Assembly (NCBI GenBank): GCA_964036045.1
Contig: OZ038378.1
Location: 180,854,001-180,918,000 of the forward strand
From: Eutreptiella sp. 'Long Island Sound 2002'
Taxonomy: Eukaryota; Protista; Euglenida
DNA length: 64,000 nucleotides
Direction: 5' to 3'
In this document: piece after piece, positions 33,990 through 46,374 of the stretch
Layout of the letters: every line of letters starts with the position of its first letter
Numbering within the stretch: the first letter of the stretch is position 1
The notes under the pieces: model-generated
Database searches by the model: none
What the model saw: only the letters and a program-made list of their open reading frames with translations
Told to the model about the DNA's origin: nothing
Made by a program: the position numbers and the translations under genes

Positions 33990-36900
33990 TATAGCATTGC
34001 TCTTACACTTTGGCTCTTGAAAGCCCCATCGACGGTGGCCGCCTGCCAGGGTCTTTGTGGACACCCAACGGCAGTTACTAGGCTGTGTGGTTGTACGCCA
34101 CAACAATGTGGTTGCGGGCATCACTTCAACAACATTGTGGCCGCCGCGGAGCGGCGGCAACACTTCGAATTATCCAAGAAGCATAAGGCTTGGAAAGCCC
34201 CTAGTGCCCTAGTTGAAACACTAGCCAAGGCCGGGCCCATGGATGGCTTCGTCAATGTGTTCTCCCCTAAGCCGCCCCCTGAGGAGACCCCAATCTTGTG
34301 CCCTCCGCCGCCGCCACCTTCCACATCCATCCCCGCCAATCCTGAGATGCCTCCGAGGCCGGACCCAAACACATGTACAAATGCAGCGGGACTCTACTTG
34401 GGTGAGCTCGTGGTTGGCTCATTCCCAACTACCTGCACCTACGTTACGCAAAACGTCATCTTCACCGATGGAGGCGTGACATGGAGTGCTTGGAGATGTG
34501 GACTGTACGGAGATCAGTGCAAAAATTTGCTCAGAGCTTGAAGATTGGAAGCCATTGTCTCGGATGCTCTCCATTGCATCATCACCGAAGCCGCACACCC
34601 CAATGCAGCACCGCGGCATGTAGGCAATGTGCAATGCCCTTGTGAACCAACGTGAAGCACGGGGAAAGGAGTTCATGAGGGTTTGGAACCTCCAACGGCA
34701 AATGGCACCTCTCCGGGAACATGTTGTCTTTGTATGAGCGTTTGGTTGCCGCCGTTGCGAGCTGGGATTGCAACGCATAACTACCATTATCCACACGGCA
34801 CGCCGTCGGGGTTTTGGGCTCAAGCGGATGGTGGGACTCCTTGAGGATGCAGCGCCGGCGAACCACACACGGTACCACAACGAGAGTGTGCAATGGCGGT
34901 ATTGTTATACCGTGTTGGTGGCCCTACCGCGGTGCAAATTTGGCATGGTGCAAATTCACTTCCCTCTGCGGCACACACAATGACTTGCGGCACACATTAC
35001 GCAACGTGTGACCCAAGAGTTGTGTATCCGAATCGCCGACCAAGCTTGGGAGGAATTGCAAAGGGCGCCCGTGACAGTGCACTTTGACGAGATCTCCATT
35101 GTGCAGCGATTTGTATTGGGCCCGGACGATGAAGGTTTAGGGCTATGTGAGCATGCCCCACGTGCCGTGGTTCAAGTCCATGTCCGATTTAGCTCCCATC
35201 ATCACCAACGTGCAAAACGGGACATGGCACGTTGCCAAGTATGCTCGTGTTGTTTCGGTCGCCACTCAGACCGGAACTATGCTGCCGTGCCCATAGCGTG
35301 CATCGCGCCGTGCAACCGATTCACGTCCGAAGAGGCTAGTGCTTAGACGGAGAAGGTGCGCAACCTTTCGGATGAGGTGAAGGACAAGGTTGGTCCTATC
35401 ATGAGCTGCGCAACAGATGGAGATGCAAGGAAGCGAAAGGCGTTGAATGAGATGGTCCAAGTTGGGACCAACATCCGTGGTTGCCCACTCCTACAATATC
35501 TTTGTACAAAAGAGGGGGCCACCATCTCCAAAGACCAACGCCACATCACCAAGCGGTGCACGCGCAAGGTGTGCAGCCGTTGGCCTTGGAAATCACAGGT
35601 GTCGCCGTCTCAGTGACTATCCTAATATTGGTCTGGCGGCCAAGCTGGGGACCACCAAGGAGATCAGCGTGGCAATCAGGGAGACGGATTTTATGTCAAT
35701 AGTCAATGCGTTGCACATTATATGTGGCATAGTGGACATTGCGGAAGCGGACCATAGTGCATTGGACCCTTCCCGGCATGGGCAAGCATCTGCGGTTAAA
35801 GGAATGCACTTGTTCTTGAGGCAAACGGACAACTACTACTTTGCTAATTACCGAAGCCTTCAAGACCGGCTGACGTTTGCCGCAGCTGCTGCGATTCACT
35901 TGTACCACTTGCAGCAACAACACAACTCGTTCTCCAAGGCTTTGTACATGGACATCTAGTGCAAGTTCTCCGGTGTCTTTGTTGACGTCGAGTTCATGCA
36001 GAAACATTTTCCCACCCGCCAAAACTTCATCTGCTTGCGGGGCAACGACCGGATCGAGACGCTCTTCAGCATTGTGCGCACGGCACGTGGGACGGGAGGT
36101 GTCTTAGACATCCTTCAATTGCGCCATCACTTGGACATAGCCACCCAACTTGAGGAGTTGTTCGCCCTTGACCCGAAGTGGTGTCTCAATCGGAAACAAG
36201 CATGATACAATGACAACATGACCCCAGCCACGGCGGGCCCTTGTTATGTTGTGGATGTTGATCTTTGCTCGGCGTGGGTCAATGGATTGGCGATTGCTGA
36301 ACGAGAACTCGGCATAGCTATTGCAGTGAAGGAGGAATTTGGGTTGTTCTCTCCTTATGGGACCATCCTTGAGGTCGACATCAAGGATTTGCAAGAGGAC
36401 GACCGCATCGATTCCGATGAAGATGACGAGGATTCGGATGACACTTCCGCAGAAGGAACTGATGAAGCCGAACAAGCTTTGCAGCTGACATCCGCCATTG
36501 CGTACAAACTGACGACTTGATCAACAACTCCTTTGGGAAGCTAGGCCACGACCGGTTGGCCGCCGCCCTCAGCCAACCGAGGCCGGGTCACGTTCTTGAT
36601 GTCCCCACGAAGGCACATTGTGAACACCTACCTATTGCTGTGGACTTGGTGGCCACGGCAATATGCTACGGTACCGTCATCTCCCTCGCTATCTTGTACA
36701 TGCGAACCATCACGGACGCTAGCGGCCGCCAAGCTATGCATCATAGCTACAACGTCATTGAGTCATCAAATAGCCTCATGGTCCATGGCCAATTAATGCC
36801 ATTTGAGCATTGCCCCGGCCCCGATTTGCATGTTTGGAATGGCATGCTGAACCCCCGGATTGCGCAAGTGCACGGCGAGCATTGCCAATTTGTGACCCTT

Positions 36901-37889
36901 GAGAGCAACGTGGAGAATAGGTGGTGCCAGCAAACTAGCACTTTGAAGGCATTGGTTGAGTGGTGCATTCATTGTGCTCCCTCCGCAGTGCCACTGTTCC
37001 ACGGGATCCCTATACCTGCATGCCCATTGCACCTACTCATGATAAGGTGGCAACGGAAAATGGCCCAAACAGTGTGGAATGCCAGATTTGCCAGGAGAAC
37101 GTGCCACATTGAGTGCTTCGCACACACATTGGGCAACACATTCTATGTGGTCACCACATTGAAGGACAGGTGGCCCGGTCATGCGCCAATATTTGCAGTT
37201 TTTGTGGAGCACGGGATGAGTGCACAATCCGCTTGCCGTTGCAATCGCGGTCTACACGTAACCGCATGGTGGTGGTGGTCAGCTCTTGCCCATCGCAGCC
37301 ATCGGCAATCTCTTGGAGCCGAATGTCAACGGCAACCAAGGCCAACCCTTGCACCCACCAACCGGCGAATTGCCCGCAATGCACAACCATGGTTTGGTTG
37401 TACAGAATGACCGCCCATTTTGCTGCCCTCCATTCCAATGATCCCATTCCACATGGCATTCGTGTCACTGAGGAGGAGGAAGCATGTGTCCGCAGATGGA
37501 ACATTGGTGCTCTAAAGAGCGGGTCAAAGAGGCAAAAAGTGGCTGGTGATGTGCCTACTCCTTCCATCACAACTTTCACCATTACCTCTGCCAACAGTAA
37601 CAGCTCCTCGTCCTGCTCCTCTTCGTCCTCCTCCTCCACCTCGTCCTCCTCCTCTACAAATCTCCCGATGCCACCAACAACATCTCATACTCCAACCATG
37701 CCACCCTTTGAATCGAAGGCCACTACAGATTGTCGGACACGGCCATTGAAATCCACCGGGAAGCGGGCAAGAGACCGGAAGCATCTAGACGCACTTCTCA
37801 ACGCCCAAAAGAAGAGAACCCATCCAGCAAGTAATTCGTCTAGTGACGACGAGTACTACTTTGATCGTCCGATGGACAAGCGCTCTTAG
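33990..37889 (+). pseudogene. Decayed P-element/THAP9-like DDE transposase with acidic linker and C-terminal Cys/His zinc-finger region
   Basis: Ordered motifs VHFDEISI (D at 35086), ATDGDARKRKAL, KDQRH (DxxH), ALYMD and GNDRIETLFSIVRT..G...DILQL (E). Then a D/E-rich linker and CSFC...CP...NPCTHQPANCPQC..VWLYRMTAHFAALH. In-frame stops at 35344 and 35957, and frameshifts near 35600, 36210, 36515 and ~37120-37400. Confidence 0.75.
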
Positions 37890-39034
37890 CGCCCCTTTCA
37901 TTGCCTTCCTTAACTCCACCACTCCAATCACCCATATTTTGAGACCCCAAAGAGGAGAACCCCATGAAGGGCACACAGCACGTTGGTGCACACGATGTGC
38001 AACCAGTGTGCGGGCATAGTGTGTGCGCACGTTGTGGACACATAGTGCGCGGAGAGAACTTTTTTTAAAAAAAGAACGTAGTGCGCAGGGGACGGTCACC
38101 AAGTGACGCCCCCCCCCCCCCCCCCTCTGGAACCGCACTGCCACCGTACACGCACATTTGCAGGAGAATTCAGCACAAGATACATTCAAAGGGCTGCCAA
38201 TGTACGGAGACCTACTCCTTGACCAGCTCGGTGTAAATTTTCTTGGTCCTGCTCCACTTGACCTTGAACTCTTGCACATGCTCACCACTTTCCACTGGAA
38301 TGCTTTGGGCAGCACTTTTGGGTGGTGGTTTTGCCACAACAACACAGTAAGCTGCAACGAAAAATTTTGGGTTGAGCAAGTGACCGTCCCCCACCCCCCC
38401 TGGGGAACAACAAGGGGTGGGGAAGGACAGGGGGGGGGGGTAACCATCCCCCCCCCCCCTGTTGCAAATTTTTTTGCCAACATACATACCACAAAAATGA
38501 TCAGCGCGATCAGGGGGTCATTTTTAAGCCATATATGTTGGGTGGGGTCTGGGTGCCCCCCTCCCCTTCAGCTGGCCCAGACCCCCAGACCCAGCCCCCC
38601 CCCCCCCCCTGAAATTGGCTGGAAAGTGGGAGGGAGCTGGCGTATGGCTCGTTGCGACGCCCCCCCCCCCCCCTGCAAATTGATGATGCGTAGGCACTGG
38701 AGTTTGTTTGCTTTGCCTGGACTAAAGGTCTGTGGTACTTGTGCTGCAACCGCAATCCTGTTGGTATCCCTGTGAGTGCTTTCTGTTTGCGCAAGGGGTG
38801 GTGGGGATGTACTATCTGCCAGGCGGACCCCCAGTGCCCATCGCCGTCTGCTGATGCAGTGATGGCAATCATGCGTCCAGTCCGGATAGGAATCCTGTTG
38901 CTCACGCACTAACCTCAACGAATAGTGCAGCACGTCAGCTTGGCCGCAGCAGCAGTATAACTGGCCTTAAAAGCCGCTTCTACATCCATCTTGGAGCCAA
39001 GCAATGGCAAATGTAGCGAGGGGAGCCATGAAAA

Positions 39035-39817
39035 TTACGGTCCATCTGCATCTGGGACAATCCAAAACACTTGCACATGGAACACCTCTGGCACACTCAT
39101 GCTGGGGTTGTGGTACCAAATATAGTCCGCATGTGTAAATTCTGTGGTGTCCAATAACGCCTGCAGCTTCTTGCGCACATCCCTTTCAATCTGTGCATCA
39201 GTGGGATCAGCCAAATCCTCCCAAGGAAAGTGAAAATACCAAAGAATCCAGTGCTGCGCCCTCCTCTGCCAAGCGTGTGACCCCTCTTTCTGTGAGTGCT
39301 CAGGCAATTGGTACGGGTAGCGGTTGGCTGCAAAGACCGGCGAGGGTCGCTGCAACCCTTGTGCCTTGAAGGTGTCCCAATCGGCCTCCGTCCACTGTGC
39401 ATCGACAATTTGACCCTCCAGATTTTCAAACTGGAGTTTTCGCACTTCCGGCCCTACAGGCTTCATTGGGATATCAAAAAGGGTATCGCAGAGGTAATCG
39501 TAGTGTGTGACACGTGGTGGGTCACCGAAGTCGTCAGGTTGTCTGTAGTGCAACAGAATACTCAGGCGGTCTGCTTGCTTCAGTTGTGCTGCCTCGGGTG
39601 TTGGTCGCGTATCATAGCCACCAATTGTCCAGCCCAACAAATGTTGTAGAGCCTGCAAATGGGCTCTATCAGGATTCACTTGGCAACCTCGAATGGGTGG
39701 CCCACTCGTTCTGGTCAACTCTTCAAGTGCTTGGACGACATCTACAGAGCCACTTGCCGCCTCAATGGCGACAATGGATTCCGGATCATCCTTTCTCGCT
39801 TTCCTCACACCATCCAT
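39035..39817 (-). CDS. DUF3605 / HIT-like protein, ~260 aa, intronless
   Basis: Motifs FAANRYPY, QHWILWY and YIWYHNPSMSVPEVFHVQVFW resemble the DUF3605 pattern N.xPY...HxxxW...W..N...S+P.+.H+xV. The first ATG (39817) lies 11 nt after a TTGCAG acceptor; the ORF-track start is a TTG. Confidence 0.75.
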   Translation of the reverse strand: MDGVRKARKDDPESIVAIEAASGSVDVVQALEELTRTSGPPIRGCQVNPDRAHLQALQHLLGWTIGGYDTRPTPEAAQLKQADRLSILLHYRQPDDFGDPPRVTHYDYLCDTLFDIPMKPVGPEVRKLQFENLEGQIVDAQWTEADWDTFKAQGLQRPSPVFAANRYPYQLPEHSQKEGSHAWQRRAQHWILWYFHFPWEDLADPTDAQIERDVRKKLQALLDTTEFTHADYIWYHNPSMSVPEVFHVQVFWIVPDADGP

Positions 39818-40451
39818 GCAAAAGGATTCTGCAATGCCACACACGGAGTCAATTGAGGGACCACTCAAGTGGTCTAGTGGCAATGGCTTCAAAAATTTTG
39901 CATCTAGGTTGTGTTTTCGGTTGTACGTCTATGAAGGTTCTCAGACGGGCCATTGTGGGGTCACCCTCACCGGGAGTACGTCTAAATGGCGGTAAAACTT
40001 GTCTTGCTAGGAAGCATACAATGCTTTGTATGTTAGGAAGATTTTATAAGAATAGGCTAGGTTTTCTTGTTTTTCTCATTCACTGAAAATTAAGAATATG
40101 TCCTGGCCCAGGGATTCATAATAGAGAGAACGTACTGGGAGCGAAGAAATAGATGGGCTTTCGATTGTTGTGGCATCAGCTCCATGCTAGTTGTCACCAA
40201 CTCCAATGCCCTGACACTACAGACGGTACACCCTGTACGCAATTTATCCTTGAGGACAGTCTCAGATTACAATGTCATTCCCACATGGCAAACTTGCAAC
40301 CGTGACGATTTGAATCAACTGAAACCATGGCACAACTGCATGCTATGGATGCGACAGGAGCAGCAATTTGTATAATTGGTGTGCAGCTTTCAGCATGGAA
40401 CACTAGGGGCAATGGGGGCGGTCTGTTCGAATATTGAACCCCAACCGAGTA

Positions 40452-40933
40452 CAGGGGGGGGGGGGAATTTCTGTACGGGGATTTTTCCGCAGGGGAAAAT
40501 TCCGCATGGGGAAAATTCCGCACCTGTCCCAAAAAATCAAGGGGAAAATTCTGCACCTCCCAAATCTTCAGTGCATTGGAAGCAAAAGGGATCCTGGGAT
40601 TGCGATCCCCAAAAGATCCTGGGAGAAGGCAATGACCATTGTGCCTGAGATCACCTCTGTAGATGGTGGGGCCCGCCATTCACAAATTATTCGACTTCCT
40701 GCCCCCCCTTCCCTGTTAGTTGACAACAACTGCAGAAGAGCGGGAACAAAACAAATGGAAGCGCGCGGCGAAGCACAAGGCATACGGTGGTACGGTGGCT
40801 TACATGGACAAAATTCCGCACGGGGAAAATTCCGCACCTCCCCTCGAAAAATGAGGGGAAAATTCCGCACCAAGTTTAAATACGGAATTTTCCCCGCGGA
40901 AAAACCCCCCCGCGGAATTCCCCACCCCCCCTG
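40452..40933. mobile_element. MITE, ~480 bp, poly-G TIRs, TA-flanked (Tc1/mariner-like)
   Basis: gTA CAGGGGGGG..GAATT ... AATTCCCCACCCCCCCTG TAc, with multiple subterminal GGAAAATTCCGCA repeats at both ends. Confidence 0.7.
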
Positions 40934-41913
40934 TACGAAAACTTTTGGGATTCTGGAGGAGGGGGGGGGGGGGGTAGGTGGGCAGCCGCTGGGGTCATGA
41001 GGCTGGCTGCCTCCTGCTTTGCCTCCTGTTCTCCTCCTGTTGGACAAGAGGCAGCCTCTGATTTCAACAACTTGCCTCCGATCCAAAGAGGAGGTTGCCT
41101 CCGGTCCAACAAGGCAACACACGAGTGCAGAAGAGGAGGCAGCCACCTAAAAATGACACACTTCCATGGTATATGGGTGGGTAAATTACTTCCCTTTTTC
41201 TTCCATGTGCCATTGGTGTCCAATTTCCTACAGTTTGATTGGCATCCACGGAACAGAAATTCATAGCAAACATCTAGGGGTGGAGAGGGGGGGGGGGGCT
41301 AGACCCCCCCTCCAATTTTCTAGCACATCCCTTGGGTGGGGTCCTCAGGGACAACTTCTGGAACACTTTTGGGGGGGGGGTAGCCCAAAATTGTTCGGTG
41401 TCAACTGTTCCATGGCAGGGTGGGGGTGGAGGGAAGTATTTAGGATTGGGGATTTCGCGGAACGGAACAGAACGGAACGGCGTGCCTAACACCCTTTAGC
41501 ACATAGCTGATCTTACATGTGCCACACTTCAGTATGATGCAAATGTGAGATCTTTGTCAGTAGCAGTGCAGCCTTTTCTGAAGACACTTGTCCCTCGGAG
41601 CTATTAGATGGTGTTTCTCAGGGTAATGCACAGAATGTGTTGCATGATATGTTACATATAATATGTTGTGTTTTGACAAATGTTGGGGGTGCTTGTAGAA
41701 GGTGTACTGTGATGCTGTCGCGTTACATCAGTGGACCTCGGTGAGTCATGCTGAAGTGGCTACATGTATGCCGATAACACGCGGTATCTTTTCCATTGAG
41801 CACAGCAGGCAGACCACCAGCTAAGCAAACGTGCTGGCGCCAAAGACGCTGAAAAATGTTTTCGCCTCTTGAGGGGAGACTTTTTTTCCCATATGTGTCT
41901 ATACTCAAAGTAC

Positions 41914-42718
41914 TCAGAATTTTGTGGAGAATTCAAAAATGGATGACCCAATCTCAGGGTTGATCCTTGGCTGATGGGGAGCCTGAGCTGATGGGCAGAT
42001 TTTTTCTGTGGAGAATTCAAAAATGGATGACCCAATCTCAGGGTTGAACCTTGACTGATGGGGAGCCTGAGCTGATGGGCAGATTTTTTCTGTGGAGAAT
42101 TCACAAATGGATGACCCAACCTCCGGGTTGAACCTTGACTGATGGGGAGCCTGAGCTGATGGGCAAATGTTTTCTGTGGAGAATTCAAAAATGGATGACC
42201 CAACCTCTTGGTTGATCCTTGGCTGATGGGGAGCCTGAGCTGATGGGCAGATTTTTTCTGTGGAGAATTCAAAAATGGATGACCCAACCTCTTGGTTGAA
42301 CCTTGACTGATGGGAAGCCTGAGCTGAAATGTTTTTCTGTGGAGAATTCACAAATGGATGACCCAACCTCTTGGTTGAACCTTGACTGATGGGAAGCCTG
42401 AGCTGAAATGTTTTTCTGTGGAGAATTCACAAATGGATGACCCAATCTCAGGGTTGAACCTTGACTGATGGGGAGCCTGAGCTGATGGGCAAATTTTTTC
42501 TGTGGAGAATTCAAAAATGGATGACCCAACCTCAGGGTTGAACCTTGACTGATGGGGAGCCTGAGCTGATGGGCAATTTTTTTCTGTGGAGAATTCACAA
42601 ATGGATGACCCAACCTCCGGGTTGAACCTTGGCTGATGGGGAGCCTGAGCTGATGGGCAAATTTTTTCTGCGGAGAATTCAAAAATGGATGACCCAACCT
42701 CTTGGTTGAACCTTGGCT
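41914..42718. repeat. 84-bp tandem satellite, ~10 units (two 75-bp variants)
   Basis: Unit TTTTTCTGTGGAGAATTCA(A/C)AAATGGATGACCCAA(C/T)CTCnnGGTTGA(A/T)CCTTG(A/G)CTGATGGGGAGCCTGAGCTGATGGGCA. Confidence 0.93.
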
Positions 42719-42849
42719 GCAAGCAACAACAACCAGCAGTACCCCAATCAGAAGCAGTCAGCGGCAGCTTGTAGCAAGCAGCAGCAGTAGCCAGCAACGC
42801 AGCAAGCAGCAACAACAGCAGTAACAGCAAGCGTGCTGTGAAGTCGCCC

Positions 42850-43200
42850 CCAATAAATTCTTTTGTGGCTCTTGCAAACAAAAAAGGGCTGCTTGATAGG
42901 AATCATGCCTGTGATGCAGACACCCAGTCTGGCATAGGGTCTGCCCCAACCACCAACTCATACAACACCTTGGCTGTTGTGTTGGGGACTAAGGAGGGAT
43001 GTAGCTTCTTGTTCACCAGCACCGGCAGTTCGAAATGCTGCCAATATAGCACTTGGAACACCTTTTGTTCTCGCAAATCGCGGGACAATGCTATCAACCT
43101 CGCAGATACTCACAAGGAGGTTGCATCAAACACAGTGCAAGCATGCACAATGCACCTCTTGCATTAACCCAGGGAGGTGTTGGCTTTGCACATATTGCTT
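42850..43200 (-). pseudogene. Possible decayed non-LTR retrotransposon endonuclease (APE) fragment
   Basis: Pieces LGLMQEVH and VLVNKKLHP resemble the APE LQET and GVAILV.K motifs; interrupted by stops. Confidence 0.3.
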
Positions 43201-44365
43201 TTATCAGAGACAGCAGCTAGCAGCTGCAGCATCTGTGTTAATGCTGGCATTTGTGTCAATGCTGACAGGCTACTCACCAAGCTCCTCATCATTGAGCCTT
43301 GGGGTTTTCCGTTTGCTGTGCGATTGCTGTGCAGGTCAGTGTTCGTGGAACTTGTGGTTGACGGCCGTTTTGTAGGCTTTTTGGGAGCACTGCGACTAGG
43401 TGTTTTGTCATCAAATGACCCAGGTGCCCAAACATGGTTACAATCAGGACCCTTACTTTTGGAACCTCTTAGGAGAGGCCCCTGCTACCTAAATGGCTAC
43501 AAGCCTCTCCAGTGACGGACGAATGCATGTCAATTTTCCAAGGCGGGGTAGTGGGCTGACGCGGCGCCATTGAGAACGGTGAGAATGGTGGTAAAGTTGG
43601 TTTGGTCTAGGGGTACACACGCACATAGGCACGCACACGCGAGCACAAAGCCAAGAGAAGGGACGTCGATATGTAGACCAGGGGCGTGATGCCAGGTGGA
43701 CAAGGCAACGCGTGCCAAAGAAACAATCTCTAGGTGCGCGGGTAGGGCGTCATCTCTCAAACATTAAAGGACGACTGACACACAAAGGAGCAAGCGTAGA
43801 AAACTCGTGTGCCTAAACACCTGTACAGACCAAACTTGAGTATGCCTCGGGCAAACCTCATTTTGGTCTAAGGGTGCACGTAGGCACACACGAGAGCACA
43901 AAGCCAAGAGAGGGGGCGTCAATATGCAGACTATGGGCACAAAAATTCCCCCTGCACCGACATATTCTCGCCCTTGCACAGGCTGAAATTGTCCCCGCAC
44001 AGCCCAAGCATGTCCACACTGCAACACACCCCAGCACCCACACAAAGCCAGCCAACATACCACATTCCTAGATAAAATTCGCTGCTACACCCAGGGGTTG
44101 CCATAAAAAAAAAACTCAAAGTGTCCAATACGCCCTACCTCACCAAAGCCCTTGCACTAAGAGACACGCACAACACAGCGTGGCTACGTCACCCCTGCCG
44201 TCTCGGGGATCCCCACCGCTGCAGAGCGGGGGGCAAAATCAGAAGTGGCCCACTTGTGGGCAAGGTGGCTACGTCACCCCTGCCGTCTCGGGGATTCCCA
44301 CCACTTCAGAGCGGGGGGCAAACATGAAGACATAAAAAACACCAAAAAAGCGAAGGCAAAAATAT

Positions 44366-44440
44366 TCCAGGCCGTTGGGTTTGAACCCAGGACCTCTGAA
44401 ATTAGCGCCTAGTGCTACTACCAACTAAGCTGTGCCAGGA
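44366..44440 (-). pseudogene. tRNA-derived pseudogene / SINE head (Ile-AAT-like loop)
   Basis: TCCTGGCACAGCTTAGTTGGTAGTAGCACTAGGCGCTAATTTCAGAGGTCCTGGGTTCAAACCCAACGGCCTGGA: acceptor stem 6/7 paired, A and B boxes present, anticodon stem unpaired. Confidence 0.65.
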
Positions 44441-45609
44441 TCTGCTGAGCTTGACACATCAGAGAGTGTCTGCCTTAGTAAAAAAAAAAAAACTCTGAGC
44501 GTCCTTATGGCAACCCCTGGCTACACCAGAGCGCACAAGGGCACATATATCTTCCCCCGGCTCCATCAATTACAAGCTCCATAAAGAATAAAAAAACAAA
44601 AGAAAAACAGACCTTGGCCTTGTCGTGCCCTTCCCACCAGCCCAGGCAGAGAACCCCCGTAGTGTAAGGTAGCTGCGGCAAGGTGGGATGGAAGAAAAAG
44701 CAAAACAGAGAGCAAATCTCCACTCAAGAGATCTCCGTGTGTGGTACATCCACAAACTGTTGCACCAGTGTGTGTTTGGCTATCTAGTCTTTCAGTACCC
44801 TACGGATGACCCGCATGAGGTGGAATCGTCCCACAGTCCAATCCCAACAAGGCAAACTCGGCCCTGCCACAACCGCCGGTGCCGGGCCCCCCACCAATTC
44901 GGTGGGGGAAAGGACAAAATGCCACACCTCCCACGAAACATTGGTGGCCACCCCCCGGATGTCCTCCCCCATCGCGAGGACCCCAAAGCGAGGGCACACT
45001 AGCCTCCCGTCCAAACTAACCCCCACTGCATGCACACTATCCCCCGCTCGTACCCTAGGCGTCCAACCCTACATGATGAGCAACCTGTGCCTGTGGTCCT
45101 CTGATCACAGAGGCAGGGCTTGTTGTTGCTCCCCTTAAAACCAACCCCCTCCCCCTCATCCCACGCTGGGGCCATCAAACTGGCCTAGGAAAAAATCGAA
45201 GGTGCCCATGAAGATATCAATCAGCGTGAGCGCCCCGGGACAAGCGTAGTACAGCAATGCAAACAAAGTGCAGGCAACGGTGGTGACGCCGTGCAGATTG
45301 CACAGTCCCTCGATGCACCGAGACAAAGCCCGCGCCCAGGACCGCACCATCGGCGCGGGGTTCATTTGCACCCATGCCCGTGTGAAGTGCTGCGACCACC
45401 GCCCCTCGTCGTTGCGGCGGTGGCGCCTAGCACCATCAAAATCACGTACTGAAGAGAGGAGCAAAAAGTGGCAAGACAATCATCGGTATCGAGAAAAATT
45501 GCAGAAAACACCTGGTGTTGTTCTGACAAGGGCATTGTTCTCACAGGGATATAAAACAAAAACCTACACATACCTCTTGCACCCCCAAACACCTGCCCCC
45601 CAAATTGTA

Positions 45610-46374
45610 CCTCCCCCCCTTGTAATAGCTACGCAAAAGTACGGAATTAATACGGTCCCTACGCCTACTAGACAAAGGCGTGGCTTGCGCACGACACATA
45701 CAACTACCGACACACACGTGAGTGAGTGCATGGTATGAGTGCACCTGAACCTCCACCCACGTTCCCAAAGGCATGTCAACACTAGAAGGTGTTTGAAACA
45801 TGAACTTCAGGTTCACACCCATGTTCCTACAGGCAATGAGGAATGAGAAGCCTGCAAATGTTTGGCTTGGAAACCCTTCTTGCAATCATACACCATGCGG
45901 AACAACTGTCCATGCTCACCACTTGAAGATGCCTTTGAAGATGCCTTTGCCCGAGGTTTAGGGGCTGGTTTGGGCTCGGGAAACTTCAAATTCTTGGGAA
46001 TGAAATTGCCTTGCGTGTGGTCTCTTGTAAAGTACAACTTCCCATCAAAGACATTGGCCATTCCCCACACACCCTGGGCAGCACTAGCCCAAATAACTTT
46101 ATCCGGATTAAAGAGAAGATTGCATGATGAACTGGTGCAAGAAAAGGGATAGTGCAGACGTATCCCCAAAATCAGAGCAATGTGGGTTCAAGTGGGCAAA
46201 CATCACAACAAATGTGTCTGTGACCCCATGTAACGAGCAAATTTGTCACCAAACCCATGTCTTATGTGGCTGCACTACATTTGGTACCGAATCAAAATTA
46301 GGTACCAAATTAATACGGTCCCTATGCCTACTGTAGCTTGGACAAGGGCGTGGCTATTACAAAGGGGGGGGGGG
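45610..46374. mobile_element. TA-flanked TIR element (~765 bp) carrying a decayed coding fragment
   Basis: Left gTA CCTCCCCCCCTTGTAATAGC and right GCTATTACAAAGGGGGGGGGGG TAc; internal direct repeat AATTAATACGGTCCCTA.GCCTACT. Confidence 0.55.

Noticed and set aside
33270-38110. TIRs matching CAAGCCTTTTTT around the P-like relic
   Set aside because: None seen at either side, so a direct autonomous/non-autonomous link is unproven.
41914-42718. Box C/D snoRNA cluster or repetitive protein
   Set aside because: CTGA motifs are present but no RTGATGA C box; open frames on the minus strand simply reflect an 84-nt (28-codon) unit.
24262-44440. Functional tRNA genes at 24262, 24441 and 44366
   Set aside because: Anticodon stems cannot pair; kept only as pseudogene or SINE heads.
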